64,000 nt of DNA, taken from the NCBI GenBank assembly GCA_038128265.1, contig JAYPJE010000008.1, positions 1 through 64,000 of the forward strand, written 5' to 3'. Under the pieces are notes generated by a model. It searched no databases. It had not been told where the DNA came from and was given only the letters and a program-made list of their open reading frames with translations. Of the stretch, positions 26,732-36,711 are shown piece by piece. The DNA is from Gemmatimonadota bacterium (GTDB taxonomy: Bacteria > Latescibacterota > UBA2968 > UBA8231). Position 1 is the stretch's first letter, and each line of letters begins with the position of its first letter. Both the position numbers and the translations under genes were made by a program.

Positions 26732-27772
26732 TCAAGCCGTTTCCCAAACGCGCAGACCAAAGCGGCTCAGATAGATGGCTATGTTCTGAAATAAGGGGTT
26801 GGCCCCTTCGATCTCTTCGATCAGATTTCGCTTCTGCGAAGAATCGCCCCCCACCAACAGCGTCAGCGACCCCCCATCGCCTCCGGCACCGTTGACCTTC
26901 CAGCCCAGCGCACCGGCGCGACGCGCACGCTCGATAATGTCGCGTGCGTCGGCCGACACCAATTCGGGATGTAAGCGCATCTGGGCCTCGGTATTCTCGG
27001 TCATAGCCTGTCCCAGGGCGTGGAAATCACCGGCATACACCGCGTCGCGCGAACGACCCGCCGTGCGACGCAGATCCTCCATTCGCACGTCGTCGGGCGG
27101 CGCGCCCTCGAGATCGGCGATGACATTCTCGTGCACCTGCGAGGACGAGTGCGATTTGCCGAGAAAGATCAGCACTAGGCGCCGCTCCATTTCCCACCAA
27201 ATGGCGTTGGAAACGTGCAGCTGAGACACCGAGGCGTGCGGATACTGGTACATCTCGATGTAGTTGATGCCGCCGAAAGCCGAGCACAGTTGGTCCTGTA
27301 TGCCGCACTGCTGTCCGAGCATCTCCGTTTCGACGCGCTGCGCGGTCTGCGCCACCTCGTAGGGCGTCATGCGGCCCGGCGTCAGCAGGTCGAGTGCACC
27401 GATTAGAGCCACGGTCACAGCTGCCGACGTGCCGGTGGAAGCGCCGGCCGGCGCCTCGGAGAAGATGCTCACTTCAAAAGCGACCTCGTCCGGCACGTTC
27501 ATATACTCGACGGCGGCCTCCAGCAGCGGATGATGCGTCCAATCGGCTCTACCCCGCTCCACCGCAAAGCGCTGTCCATAGTTCTCGGCGTGGATGACGA
27601 GGCGATGTTCGACGTCTTCACGGCGAAACACCTTGAGCTGCGCCTCGGCATAGGGATATACACCGATATTGAAAATCGCACCGTACTCGGCAAACCACGT
27701 ATCGGTCCACCCGCCGTTGTCGCAGATGCGAATAGGCGCTACGCTATTGATAATTCGTATCGGTTCGGCCAT
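26732..27772 (-). CDS. GHMP kinase (heptose-7-phosphate kinase HddA-like)
   Basis: APIRI..GGWTD, APAGASTGTSAA, GIQDQ..AFGGIN, GWKVNGAGG.GG. Confidence 0.85.
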   Translation of the reverse strand: MAEPIRIINSVAPIRICDNGGWTDTWFAEYGAIFNIGVYPYAEAQLKVFRREDVEHRLVIHAENYGQRFAVERGRADWTHHPLLEAAVEYMNVPDEVAFEVSIFSEAPAGASTGTSAAVTVALIGALDLLTPGRMTPYEVAQTAQRVETEMLGQQCGIQDQLCSAFGGINYIEMYQYPHASVSQLHVSNAIWWEMERRLVLIFLGKSHSSSQVHENVIADLEGAPPDDVRMEDLRRTAGRSRDAVYAGDFHALGQAMTENTEAQMRLHPELVSADARDIIERARRAGALGWKVNGAGGDGGSLTLLVGGDSSQKRNLIEEIEGANPLFQNIAIYLSRFGLRVWETA

Positions 27773-27848
27773 GTATATCGCTTTTCCTCTCGCTCCTACC
27801 TATACCATCGGTGCCAATCGGCACAAACTGAAGTTTTGTCGTTGGCGC

Positions 27849-28589
27849 TCAGCGGGTAAAAATCGTGCCGCGCACGTACGATCCCTCTTCCGAGGCGAGG
27901 AACGCCAGTATCCGCGCCACGCCAATGGGCTCACCCAGATTGGCATTGCGCTGGGCCGCCTCTGGGTCCTGGCCGCTGGCCGCCGCTCCCTGCGCGACGT
28001 TCTCCAATTTTAGCGGCGTGGCAATGCCGCCGGGGCAAATTACGTGAAGACGCACGCCCTTGGGGGTCAACTCCTGCTCCATCTTATAGTGCATACCGTG
28101 CATGCCCGCCTTGCTAGCAGCATATGCATAAGAAGACGATGCGCCGCGCACGCCCGCGCCCGAGGCAATAAGCAGCAGCACCGACTCGCCGGCTTTTTCC
28201 AGCAGCGGCGCCACATACTTAACGGTCAGAAAAGTGCCTTTTAGGTTGGTATCTATCGTCGCGTCCCAATCGCCTTCATCCAATTCATCAATCCCCTTGA
28301 ACGCTCCTTTTAACACGCCGGCCGCCACCACGGCGACATCGACCTTGCCGCTTTCAGCCGCCACCTGCGACACGGAGCGCGACACGCTCTCCTCGCTGCG
28401 CACATCGGTCGCGTAGAACTTGGCCTGCCCGCCGGCTCGAGCAATCGCCTCTACGGCGGCCTTCCCCTCGGCTTCGTTGTAATCGATAATGTGCACGAGG
28501 GCACCTTCCGACGCATAGAGCTCGGCCGTGGCTCGGCCAATACCCGTAGCACCTCCCGTTATCAGGGCAATTTTTCCACTCAGCTTCAT
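27849..28589 (-). CDS. SDR family oxidoreductase
   Basis: TGGATGIG, NLKG, YAASK; AAGGA RBS before MKLSGK. Confidence 0.9.
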   Translation of the reverse strand: MKLSGKIALITGGATGIGRATAELYASEGALVHIIDYNEAEGKAAVEAIARAGGQAKFYATDVRSEESVSRSVSQVAAESGKVDVAVVAAGVLKGAFKGIDELDEGDWDATIDTNLKGTFLTVKYVAPLLEKAGESVLLLIASGAGVRGASSSYAYAASKAGMHGMHYKMEQELTPKGVRLHVICPGGIATPLKLENVAQGAAASGQDPEAAQRNANLGEPIGVARILAFLASEEGSYVRGTIFTR

Positions 28590-28611
28590 GGGATATTCCT
28601 TTCTCTCATGT

Positions 28612-29973
28612 TTAACGTTGCCAAATCCGCAGGCGCTGTCCATCGTGTCCGGCACCCACTAATATGCTGCCATCGGCGAGTGCGGCAGCGGCTATATTCG
28701 TCGTTATCTCTCCGCCCAACGCCACCTGCCACAGGCGCCGCGCTCCGCCGTCGACGCGCCCGATAGCAGCCAGGTGGGTGCGCGCCTGGTTGGGCAGCAG
28801 CAGTTCGAGCCCCCCGTCGCCATCAAAGTCACCCACCAGCCCCATATCGAGGTTGCGCGTCCCAATGACGTGCGAAGTGAAGCCATCCAGCTGCGCGGCG
28901 ATTTCCAAACGACCTGCGCGCCGCGCGTAAAACTCGACAGTGCCTCCTATATGCGGCGTGCGCACGGCGACCAATTCGCTCTCGCCCCCGGCCAGCGGCG
29001 CCCACGCCAGAACGTGCCGCCAGCGAAAACCCCTGCCCACCGGCTCACTCGTCGCCAGCGCCGTTCCGTCTTCGGCAAAAATCGCCACGCGCGCACCCGC
29101 ATGTTCGTCGCTCAGCGTCGCAATCAGTTCGCGCTGCCCATCGCCATCCCAATCGACCCAGAGCGGCGCCAGCCCTTCGGCCACCAAAGGCGGCGAGAAA
29201 TCGATCTGCGCCTCTACGCGCAGCCCCCCCGCAGTGGCGACGATGACTGCGCCCCCGGCCTCGATCGCATCGCCGAGCACGCCGTGCGCATAGCGCGTCG
29301 TGGGCCGGTTATACAGCGCCAAACGCCCTTCTTCATCGACGAGCAAACGCGCGTCGGGTAGCGGGTCGACAAATAGGCGCTCCCGTTCACCTTCGGCAGA
29401 CACGACGAGATAGCCGCCGTGATCGATGTGTGCCGTGCGCCCGTCGGGCAAGGCTACCGGGTGCGAGAATGGCGCGGCCATCCCGTCGCCGACCATAAGC
29501 CGCGCGCGCAGAGCCCCTTCCACCGCTAGGGCGGGCGGCGCGCCGACGGGCAGCTGGTCGCTTCCCACCCCCACCGGCGCATACGTCCCGTCAGCTAGGC
29601 GGAAGGCCTGCACGCGCCCGTCGTCCAGCGTCACAACCCACACGCTGCTGCGACCGGTCGGTGCCGCAACGACCCACGCCGGCACACCATCAAGCGCAAT
29701 ATCCACCGCGCGCGCATCGGGCAACGCCCCGCGCCCCTCAACGAGGCGATTGCCATCGGCGCGGTGGTGCGTGTAGGCCGCGCGTTGCACCGGGTCGAGA
29801 TCGGCTACATCCGCATCATCTCCTGCCGTTGTTTGCACGGGACCATCGCCGCATCCCAACGCAATCAGAGCCCAAACCAGCCCTCGCAGCGCAACCCGTA
29901 CACAAGCGACTGCGCGGATATTGCCCAAACAGAACTCTCGGCTATTTTCTCTTATCGACACCAACCCAATCAA
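28612..29973 (-). CDS. Putative lipoprotein with FG-GAP-like repeats
   Basis: Lipobox-like LIALGC, VDWDGDGQRELI, GDFDGDGGLELL, YAHGVLGDAIEA. The true start is probably further downstream (about 29900). Confidence 0.65.
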   Translation of the reverse strand: MIGLVSIRENSREFCLGNIRAVACVRVALRGLVWALIALGCGDGPVQTTAGDDADVADLDPVQRAAYTHHRADGNRLVEGRGALPDARAVDIALDGVPAWVVAAPTGRSSVWVVTLDDGRVQAFRLADGTYAPVGVGSDQLPVGAPPALAVEGALRARLMVGDGMAAPFSHPVALPDGRTAHIDHGGYLVVSAEGERERLFVDPLPDARLLVDEEGRLALYNRPTTRYAHGVLGDAIEAGGAVIVATAGGLRVEAQIDFSPPLVAEGLAPLWVDWDGDGQRELIATLSDEHAGARVAIFAEDGTALATSEPVGRGFRWRHVLAWAPLAGGESELVAVRTPHIGGTVEFYARRAGRLEIAAQLDGFTSHVIGTRNLDMGLVGDFDGDGGLELLLPNQARTHLAAIGRVDGGARRLWQVALGGEITTNIAAAALADGSILVGAGHDGQRLRIWQR

Positions 29974-29979
29974 GAGCCA

Positions 29980-30996
29980 ATGAACACAGAAGAAGCAAAC
30001 CGCTCTGTAGGCCTATGGCTGCTCTCTGTCTGCACCATCATCACCATTCTCATCGTCTTTGGTGGCTGGGTGCGCTTGACGCGCTCGGGGCTATCCATCG
30101 TCGAATGGAACGTGATCACCGGCATTATTCCCCCACTCAGCGAGAGTGATTGGCACAGCGAGTTCGCCAAGTATCAACAGTCACCTGAGTACAAAAAAAT
30201 AAACGCCGGCATGCCGCTGGAAGAGTTCAAATTCATCTACCACATGGAATTTTGGCATCGCTTCCTGGGACGCATCGCCGGTCTCAGCTATGTGCTGCCA
30301 CTGCTCTACTTCATAAAGCGCGGCGTCATCCAACGCGCACAGATGATCACCTACCTAGGCATCGGCCTGCTCTTTGCCCTGCAGGGGCTCATCGGCTGGC
30401 TGATGGTCAAGAGCGGTCTCGAAGATCGCCCCAGCGTGAGTCATCTACGCTTAACGCTGCACCTCAGCGGCGCGCTGCTGCTGCTGGCGACCTGTCTCTG
30501 GCAGGCCTTCCGGCACCTGTGGCCGCGCATTCGCCCCGGCATGCCCCATTCGCTGTGGCAACCTAGCGCACTGTTCTTCACCGCGCTCTGCCTGCAAATC
30601 GTCGCCGGCGGATTCGTGGCCGGCTTAAAGGCCGGCTATATCTCCGACACGTTTCCCCTCATGTTCGGCCAGCTCATTCCAGGCGGCCTGCTGAGCCATA
30701 CCCCTGCCTGGATCAATCTGCTAGACAACGCTGCCACGGTGCATTTCCAACACCGCTGGTTCGCCTTTATAGTGCTGGGATTGGCCTGCTGGCTCTACTA
30801 CAAAGGGCGCGCGCCAGATGCTACGCCCCTGCTGCGCCGCAGCACGCAGGCCGTATTGGGCATCTGCCTCCTACAGGTGCTGTTGGGCATCGCCACCGTG
30901 CTGGGCGGCATGCCCATCGCCGTAGCCTCGCTACACCAGGCCACGGCAGTCGCCCTATTCGGCGCAGGACTGTTCACCTGCTACTGTTCGTCCTAG
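29980..30996 (+). CDS. ctaA: Heme A synthase (COX15/CtaA, type 2)
   Basis: GGWVRLTRSGLSIVEW, EFWHRFLGR, GWLMVKSGL, HFQHR, HQ. Confidence 0.92.
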   Translation: MNTEEANRSVGLWLLSVCTIITILIVFGGWVRLTRSGLSIVEWNVITGIIPPLSESDWHSEFAKYQQSPEYKKINAGMPLEEFKFIYHMEFWHRFLGRIAGLSYVLPLLYFIKRGVIQRAQMITYLGIGLLFALQGLIGWLMVKSGLEDRPSVSHLRLTLHLSGALLLLATCLWQAFRHLWPRIRPGMPHSLWQPSALFFTALCLQIVAGGFVAGLKAGYISDTFPLMFGQLIPGGLLSHTPAWINLLDNAATVHFQHRWFAFIVLGLACWLYYKGRAPDATPLLRRSTQAVLGICLLQVLLGIATVLGGMPIAVASLHQATAVALFGAGLFTCYCSS

Positions 30997-31520
30997 ACCA
31001 GCGGCTGTTCCTCTTCACTTACAGAGGCGACCAGCACCTCTAATAGGCGCTGTAAATCGCTGTGACGCCGGTGTGCGAAGCTGCTCCACGCGGCACGCGC
31101 AGCGGCGTACGAGGCGAAAAAGCCCACGATCCCGATGAGTGCCATGCCCTCGATTGAGCTAGGCTGAAACGCAAAGCCGCCGATGGCCGCCGCTACGAAC
31201 ATTCCGGAGAATAGTATCGCAAAGAAGGCGAAAAACGTCATCGAAGCATAGTCTGCGCGGATGTGCACGTGTGCGCACTCTGCCCGGTTTTGCGCTGTGA
31301 CCTGCAGCGCTTCGACATCGCTGCTATTGCGCCAGTCTAAGCGCTCGCCCGATTCGACAATCTGTCCGCGCCGATTGGTGAGACGCGTGATGAGTTCAAC
31401 AAGCGCAGCGTGGTGCTCTGCTGCCAGCGGCGCTTCGCTGCGGGCCGATAGATCGAAGCGCATGGGCGCTCCCAATAGCGTGGTTATCCACGCGGCATGT
31501 CCACTCTTCACATCGGACAT
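30993..31520 (-). CDS. Hypothetical membrane protein
   Basis: 175-aa ORF with two TM segments, collinear with the upstream minus-strand genes. Confidence 0.65.
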   Translation of the reverse strand: MSDVKSGHAAWITTLLGAPMRFDLSARSEAPLAAEHHAALVELITRLTNRRGQIVESGERLDWRNSSDVEALQVTAQNRAECAHVHIRADYASMTFFAFFAILFSGMFVAAAIGGFAFQPSSIEGMALIGIVGFFASYAAARAAWSSFAHRRHSDLQRLLEVLVASVSEEEQPLV

Positions 31521-31530
31521 CGCTAAACCG

Positions 31531-32250
31531 TCATATCATTTCGTTGGCAGCTAAAAAGCCGCGCAGGCTGGACAGTACATTTTCCTTCATGATCAAATAC
31601 CCCCTGCCGTTGGGATGCAACTCATCAAACATGAGCTGGGCATTCCACCATATACCCTCGAAGAGGTATTCAACGAGTGGAAGCTGGTACTGGTCGGCCA
31701 AATCGACCACCATGGCATGGTAATCCAATAGAGGCTCAGACATGGACTGCAGCCGATGTCCCGTTGGCGTGCTCTCTATCATATCGGGATGCAGCGCACT
31801 AATCAGGGCCACGGCGCTGCCCTCTGCGTGCAGGCGCTCAATAATCTGCTGCATGTTCGCGCGCGCGTCCTCCACCGACACGCCCCGTATCAAATCGTTT
31901 GCGCCGTATTCCAGCAGGACCAGAACAGGATTGTGCAGCAGCGTTTCGCTCAGCAGTGCAAGCCCATCACGCGTGGTCGATCGCGGCTGTGCCAAGTTGA
32001 CTATAGGCAGGCGCAAATCAGCACTCAGCAGCGTCGGGTAGGCCGAATCGCCCGCACAGGGCACGCGCGGAGGCAGCACCCGACAGCCCGAGCCATAGCC
32101 GAAGGTCAGACTGGTGCCCATGGCGACAATTACGTCGCCTTCACCCCATTCGATGCGCGCGGGCTGACCGGGATCTACCGGATTGGGCGCATCTCCAGAG
32201 CAGCCGAGCAGAGCGATACACGACGCAAAGAAGACCAAGCGATGCATCAT
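31531..32250 (-). CDS. GDSL/SGNH arylesterase-like lipoprotein (TesA-like)
   Basis: Lipobox LLGC, MGTSLTFG, LEYGAND, DELHPNGRGY. Confidence 0.82.
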   Translation of the reverse strand: MMHRLVFFASCIALLGCSGDAPNPVDPGQPARIEWGEGDVIVAMGTSLTFGYGSGCRVLPPRVPCAGDSAYPTLLSADLRLPIVNLAQPRSTTRDGLALLSETLLHNPVLVLLEYGANDLIRGVSVEDARANMQQIIERLHAEGSAVALISALHPDMIESTPTGHRLQSMSEPLLDYHAMVVDLADQYQLPLVEYLFEGIWWNAQLMFDELHPNGRGYLIMKENVLSSLRGFLAANEMI

Positions 32251-33314
32251 GCGCATTGCTCCAGGCCGGCGCGCAAACGCTCGATGCGCTGGCAAGAAGC
32301 CTCAATGCGCGCGCGGCTTATCTGACCGGCTTCGACCATACCGGCGATCGCAGCGACGGCACGGGGCACGACGTCGGGCTCGTATAGCGTGTTGTTGGCC
32401 AGCGCGATCATATCGACACCTGCCTCTATAGCCAGGCGCAACGCCTGCTCAAAGCCATAGTGGTTCGCTATGGCACCCATCTGCATATCGTCGCTTACGA
32501 CGACGCCTTCAAAACCCAGTTCGTCGCGCAATAGGCCCTGTAGTATCGCCGATGAGAGCGTCGCCGGATGGTTTGGGTCGAGGCCGCGATGAAATACGTG
32601 CGCCGTCATAACAGCGTCGACACCCCCCTCTCCCAGCAGCCGGCGATAGGGCTCCAGCTCGCTAGGCGACCACGTATCGGTAACGTCGGCCACGCCCAGA
32701 TGCGAATCCGCGGTCGATGAACCGTGTCCAGGGAAATGCTTTAGCGCGCACAATACGCCGGCGCGCCGATGGGCTTCGACAAACGAGCGGGCCTGGCGAA
32801 TAACGACCTCCGCATCGGCAGAAAAACTGCGCTCATTGCCGCCAATGACGGGGTTGTCCGGGCGCAGGTTGACGTCGACAACGGGGGCCAGATTAAAGCG
32901 TATGCCCAGATCGGCTAGCGCCCGGGCGACAGCGCCTGCCAACCGCGCCGTCTCCTCGCCGTCATCGGCGGTGCCCAAGGCCTGTGCCGATGGCAGAGCG
33001 GGAAACCCAAGGCGCTCTTTAATACGGCAAACGCGCCCACCCTCCTGATCGACGCATACCAACACCTCGCGCTCGGCGCGCGCCTGCAGCGACGCAACGA
33101 GCTGCTCGACCTGCTCGAGTGACGCAATATTGCGCGGTCCACTTTGCAGGGTGACATCAAAGTCAAACAGCACGACGGTGCCCACGCCGTATTCGCGTAT
33201 ATCGCGCAAAATAGGATCGCCCTCATCGACAGAGAGGCCGCGAAATCCAACCATGAGCATCTGCCCAATCTGACGCTCTAATTCCACCCTCTTATTCCTC
33301 CCCGCAACGGCCAT
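32247..33314 (-). CDS. nagZ: GH3 beta-N-acetylhexosaminidase (NagZ-like)
   Basis: DQEGGRV, NLAPVVD, KHFPGHGSSTADSH, VMTAH, SDDMQM. Confidence 0.88.
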   Translation of the reverse strand: MAVAGRNKRVELERQIGQMLMVGFRGLSVDEGDPILRDIREYGVGTVVLFDFDVTLQSGPRNIASLEQVEQLVASLQARAEREVLVCVDQEGGRVCRIKERLGFPALPSAQALGTADDGEETARLAGAVARALADLGIRFNLAPVVDVNLRPDNPVIGGNERSFSADAEVVIRQARSFVEAHRRAGVLCALKHFPGHGSSTADSHLGVADVTDTWSPSELEPYRRLLGEGGVDAVMTAHVFHRGLDPNHPATLSSAILQGLLRDELGFEGVVVSDDMQMGAIANHYGFEQALRLAIEAGVDMIALANNTLYEPDVVPRAVAAIAGMVEAGQISRARIEASCQRIERLRAGLEQCA

Positions 33315-33356
33315 GCCGGCTCCGGGCGGCGCCTACCAATTCGTCCCACGTCGATT

Positions 33357-34082
33357 TCATGCGGCTCGATATCGATTCTCGACGAGAATTTCGGCAGCGC
33401 CGCTGTGTGGGTCGATCGAGCGCACCGCCAGGGAAATCTTATTGTCGCTATTCAGATGCGACCAAAAATGCGCGGCGATTGACGATGCACCGCCCGATAA
33501 GTCCAAAACGTAGGGCGCGCCGTCAAACGAGGGCAGCGGATTGCCGTCCCCGCAGTACGTAGTTATAGCATAGCCGCTGCCGGGCGGTATGTCGTCATAG
33601 CGGAAAAAGTGGCGCTCGGATGCATCGTCGCTAAAGGGACTTTTCTTTAGTATGGAGAGCCAGCAAACGCCCGCTTCCAGGTCCGTGCATCCCGAAATGC
33701 GCGGCGTAAAGTTTGGCGCATCGGGTTCGTGATGCCACGCGGCGAGCGAGTCGGCAAACGACCCACCCGCTTCTACCCCTCGCCAAATCGCATCCGTCTG
33801 CACGCCATTGCTCACGACAAAACGGCGCCCGCTGGTGCGCATGGCATTGTATATGATGAGCGAGGGATCTTCGACCTTGGCCGGATCAGCCGCCTGCGTG
33901 CGCAACATACCCTCTTCGCAGACAAAGATGCGGTTGCGACTATTTTCGCTGCGCCCCATGATCCAATACACCTGTATCCACGCTCCATCCTCCGCCCTTC
34001 CAAGCACGATGCCGCGACCGGGATACGGATTGTTTGCCAGGCGTTCGCGCAGATTATGCGCTGACAGCGATTGGGACATCAC
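33357..34082 (-). CDS. IMP cyclohydrolase (PurO-like Ntn fold)
   Basis: YPGRGIVLG, YWIMGRSENSRNR, DPSLIIY, VSNGVQTD, EPDAPNFTPRISG. Confidence 0.85.
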   Translation of the reverse strand: MMSQSLSAHNLRERLANNPYPGRGIVLGRAEDGAWIQVYWIMGRSENSRNRIFVCEEGMLRTQAADPAKVEDPSLIIYNAMRTSGRRFVVSNGVQTDAIWRGVEAGGSFADSLAAWHHEPDAPNFTPRISGCTDLEAGVCWLSILKKSPFSDDASERHFFRYDDIPPGSGYAITTYCGDGNPLPSFDGAPYVLDLSGGASSIAAHFWSHLNSDNKISLAVRSIDPHSGAAEILVENRYRAA

Positions 34083-34164
34083 TACCTCCTAACCAATTAT
34101 TTCTGCGCGGAATATACCATAAGACCTACGCGACAACAACGTCCATACGGCCTTTGCCAAACGC

Positions 34165-34212
34165 AAAACGGCGGCGTTTCCACACAGGGGGTCTGCTTGG
34201 AAAACGCCGCCG
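34165..34212 (-). terminator. Terminator of the 65-aa gene
   Basis: CGGCGGCGTTT...AAACGCCGCCG stem with a T run on the minus strand. Confidence 0.65.
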
Positions 34213-34257
34213 AGCACATGCGATAGAGCCAGCGCGCAAAAAATGTGATTTAGCGTA

Positions 34258-34455
34258 CTAGGCGCTGCGCTTCAATACGGGCAAACCGTTTTTGCTCTCG
34301 GAAACTTCATATCCGGCCGGCACGCTGTCTAAAACACCTTCCTTCTCCGTCTTAGCAAAGAAGTAAATCGTTTGCGTATTGCCGTTTTTCAGCGTTGTGG
34401 TCCGCGAGTGCAAGATATAAGTCGACCCCTTTGAATTGGTATATGTGAAGGCCAT
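34258..34455 (-). CDS. Small hypothetical protein (65 aa)
   Basis: AAAGGAG RBS, own terminator; MAFTYTNSKG..YILH..IYFFAK..PAGYEV.E..NGLPVLK. Confidence 0.85.
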   Translation of the reverse strand: MAFTYTNSKGSTYILHSRTTTLKNGNTQTIYFFAKTEKEGVLDSVPAGYEVSESKNGLPVLKRSA

Positions 34456-34620
34456 GAGCGGCGCTCCTTTGAAAATGGTGCCGAACTGCGTAGGATCTGC
34501 GCGGTGGGGCGCGCTCTGTTACAGCACCAGTGCGACAGAGGGGCTATTGGGTACAAAGCTAGCGTTTCCGCCCAATTGCGCAACCAGATTTTACCCCATA
34601 CACCGAAAGTCGATACCCCG

Positions 34621-35607
34621 TTACGCACTCAGAATCGCTTCTATGCGCTGTAACTCTTCTGCAGAAAAGTCCGCTCCTTCCAGGCAGGCGACGTTTTCCT
34701 CTATCTGCTGCGGCCGGCTCGCGCCGATCAACGCCGTCGTCATGGCCTCGTGGCGCAGGACCCAGCGCAGGGCCATTTGCGCCAGACTCTGCCCTCGCGC
34801 GGCGGCCAGTTCGTCGAGCTGACGGATCACCGCGAGCTTGTCTTCGGTGATCTGATCGCTCTTGAGAAAGCCGTGACTCTTGGTAGCGCGCGATCCCTCG
34901 GGAACGCCAGCTAGGTATCGGTTAGTCAACAAGCCCTGGGCAAGAGGGCAGAACGCGATGCAGCCTATGCCTTGTTCTGCCAGCACTCTTAGCAAGCCGT
35001 TCTCTTCAATGCGCCGGTTGAACATGCTATACGATGGCTGATGTATCAGGCAGGGCGTGCCCAAGTCGCGCAGCATCTGCGCCGCTTCGCGCGTGTGCTC
35101 TGGACTGTATGACGAAATGCCCACATAGAGCGCCCGGCCGCTGCGCACGGCGTGATCAAGTGCCGCCATCGACTCTTCGAGAGGCGTCTCCTCATCCGGC
35201 CTGTGGTGGTAGAAAATATCCACGTAGTCGACGCCAAGTCGCCCTAGGCTCTGATCGAGGCTGGCCAGCAAATACTTGCGCGATCCAAAGTCGCCATAGG
35301 GGCCCGGCCACATGCCGTAACCGGCCTTGGTAGAGATGATGAGCTCGTCGCGATGCGCCGCTAGATCTCCCGCCAGAATGCGCCCCATATTTTCTTCGGC
35401 TGACCCCGGCGGAGGGCCGTAGTTATTGGCCAGATCGAAATGGGTTATTCCCAAATCAAAGGCGCGCAAAACCATGGCACGCGAGGTTTCAAAGGGATCG
35501 ACGCCGGCGAAATTGTGCCAGAGCCCGAGGGAAATAGCCGGTAGTTTCAAGCCGCTGCGTCCACAGCGGTTGTATGTCATATTGTCGTAGCGGTCCGAAG
35601 ATGGCAT
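34621..35607 (-). CDS. Aldo/keto reductase, L-glyceraldehyde-3-phosphate reductase (YghZ/Gpr)-like
   Basis: RCGRSGLKLPAISLGLWHNF, FDLANNYGPPPGSAE, STKAGY.MWPGPYG. Confidence 0.92.
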   Translation of the reverse strand: MPSSDRYDNMTYNRCGRSGLKLPAISLGLWHNFAGVDPFETSRAMVLRAFDLGITHFDLANNYGPPPGSAEENMGRILAGDLAAHRDELIISTKAGYGMWPGPYGDFGSRKYLLASLDQSLGRLGVDYVDIFYHHRPDEETPLEESMAALDHAVRSGRALYVGISSYSPEHTREAAQMLRDLGTPCLIHQPSYSMFNRRIEENGLLRVLAEQGIGCIAFCPLAQGLLTNRYLAGVPEGSRATKSHGFLKSDQITEDKLAVIRQLDELAAARGQSLAQMALRWVLRHEAMTTALIGASRPQQIEENVACLEGADFSAEELQRIEAILSA

Positions 35608-35781
35608 GTGCTTCCCGTCTCCTCTCAGATGTGAATGGGATTGGCAATCAAGATAGGCCGGACGCGTGGCCTCTACAAGCACCTCTTGACGGATCGGCCC
35701 GGATGCCATAAAATATTGTTTTGCTGTATCCAGCACAGAAAAGCAGCGAATTCTACTTTCGGCAATACACGGGAGCCCATT

Positions 35782-36021
35782 ATGAGCAATTTTAGCGTGG
35801 AAGTGCGGTCGGATGAGCCTTTCGAGAAGGCGTTGCGCCGATTCACTTCTAAGACGCGGCGCGCCGGCCTGCTGCGCGACCTGAAAAAGCGCCGTTTCTA
35901 CACCAAGCCATCGGTGCAGAAAAAGATCGATAAGCAAAAGAGCGTTCGGCGCCAGCAGAAGGCCCTGCGCATGGCCGCAACCGGTCAGACGCGCGGCGGA
36001 CGCGGACGCACTCCCCGCTAA
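35782..36021 (+). CDS. rpsU: 30S ribosomal protein S21
   Basis: VEV..EPFEKALRRF...RRFYTKPS; GGGAG RBS. Confidence 0.92.
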   Translation: MSNFSVEVRSDEPFEKALRRFTSKTRRAGLLRDLKKRRFYTKPSVQKKIDKQKSVRRQQKALRMAATGQTRGGRGRTPR

Positions 36022-36040
36022 GGGACGACCCATATCGACG

Positions 36041-36074
36041 GACGGCGGCACTCTTGGAGTGCCGCCGTTTTTTT
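36041..36074 (+). terminator. Intrinsic terminator after rpsU
   Basis: ACGGCGGCACTC/GAGTGCCGCCGT followed by a T run. Confidence 0.88.
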
Positions 36075-36091
36075 ATGCGCACCGCAGGGCG

Positions 36092-36514
36092 TTAGTGCGT
36101 CTGAAAAAATTCAATGCTCTCGCCGCTGGGACCGCGAAAAAAGGCAATCGTCACGCTCAGACCGCCCAAATCGAGATCCTTCGGTTCTACCGTCACTTCG
36201 TAGCCGGCCTGGCGCACGTGCTCGATGGCCGCCCGCGCGTCCGTAGTAGCCAGCGCAAAGTGGGTCAGCGGATCGTTGACACTTTCGCTGTCGGGCGCCG
36301 GTGATGACGTCGTTGGAGCAAAAAGCTCCATATGGCTGCCATCACCTATATCGAGCAGGATTATCTTGCGCTCGGGCGAGCCAAACTCCGCTACCAGTTC
36401 CATTCCCAGCACGTCTCTATAGAGCGCAAGGGATGCTTCCCAGTCGCGCGCCTGTACGGCGATGTGATGCGTTCCACAGCCGGCTATAACGGCATTCTTT
36501 TTTCCAATTGGCAC
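36092..36514 (-). CDS. VOC (glyoxalase) family protein
   Basis: HHIAV..SLALYRDVLG, HFAL, FFRGPSGESIEF; GTG start after AGGAGGA. Confidence 0.88.
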   Translation of the reverse strand: MPIGKKNAVIAGCGTHHIAVQARDWEASLALYRDVLGMELVAEFGSPERKIILLDIGDGSHMELFAPTTSSPAPDSESVNDPLTHFALATTDARAAIEHVRQAGYEVTVEPKDLDLGGLSVTIAFFRGPSGESIEFFQTH

Positions 36515-36711
36515 GATGTCCTCCTATCGCTTGAGTGTGTAGAATCTCTCTCGCCAACGCACAGAGCGCAAATTATCCAATCGCTGGAGTGCAAGCATCT
36601 ATACAGCCGCGCTACCGCACGGCCTGCCGATGCCAGAAAGGCGCTTGCCCAAAACAGCACAGACCCCATCTTTGGATAAGGCACGCCGCTACACGGAGGG
36701 AGCCATTGGCT

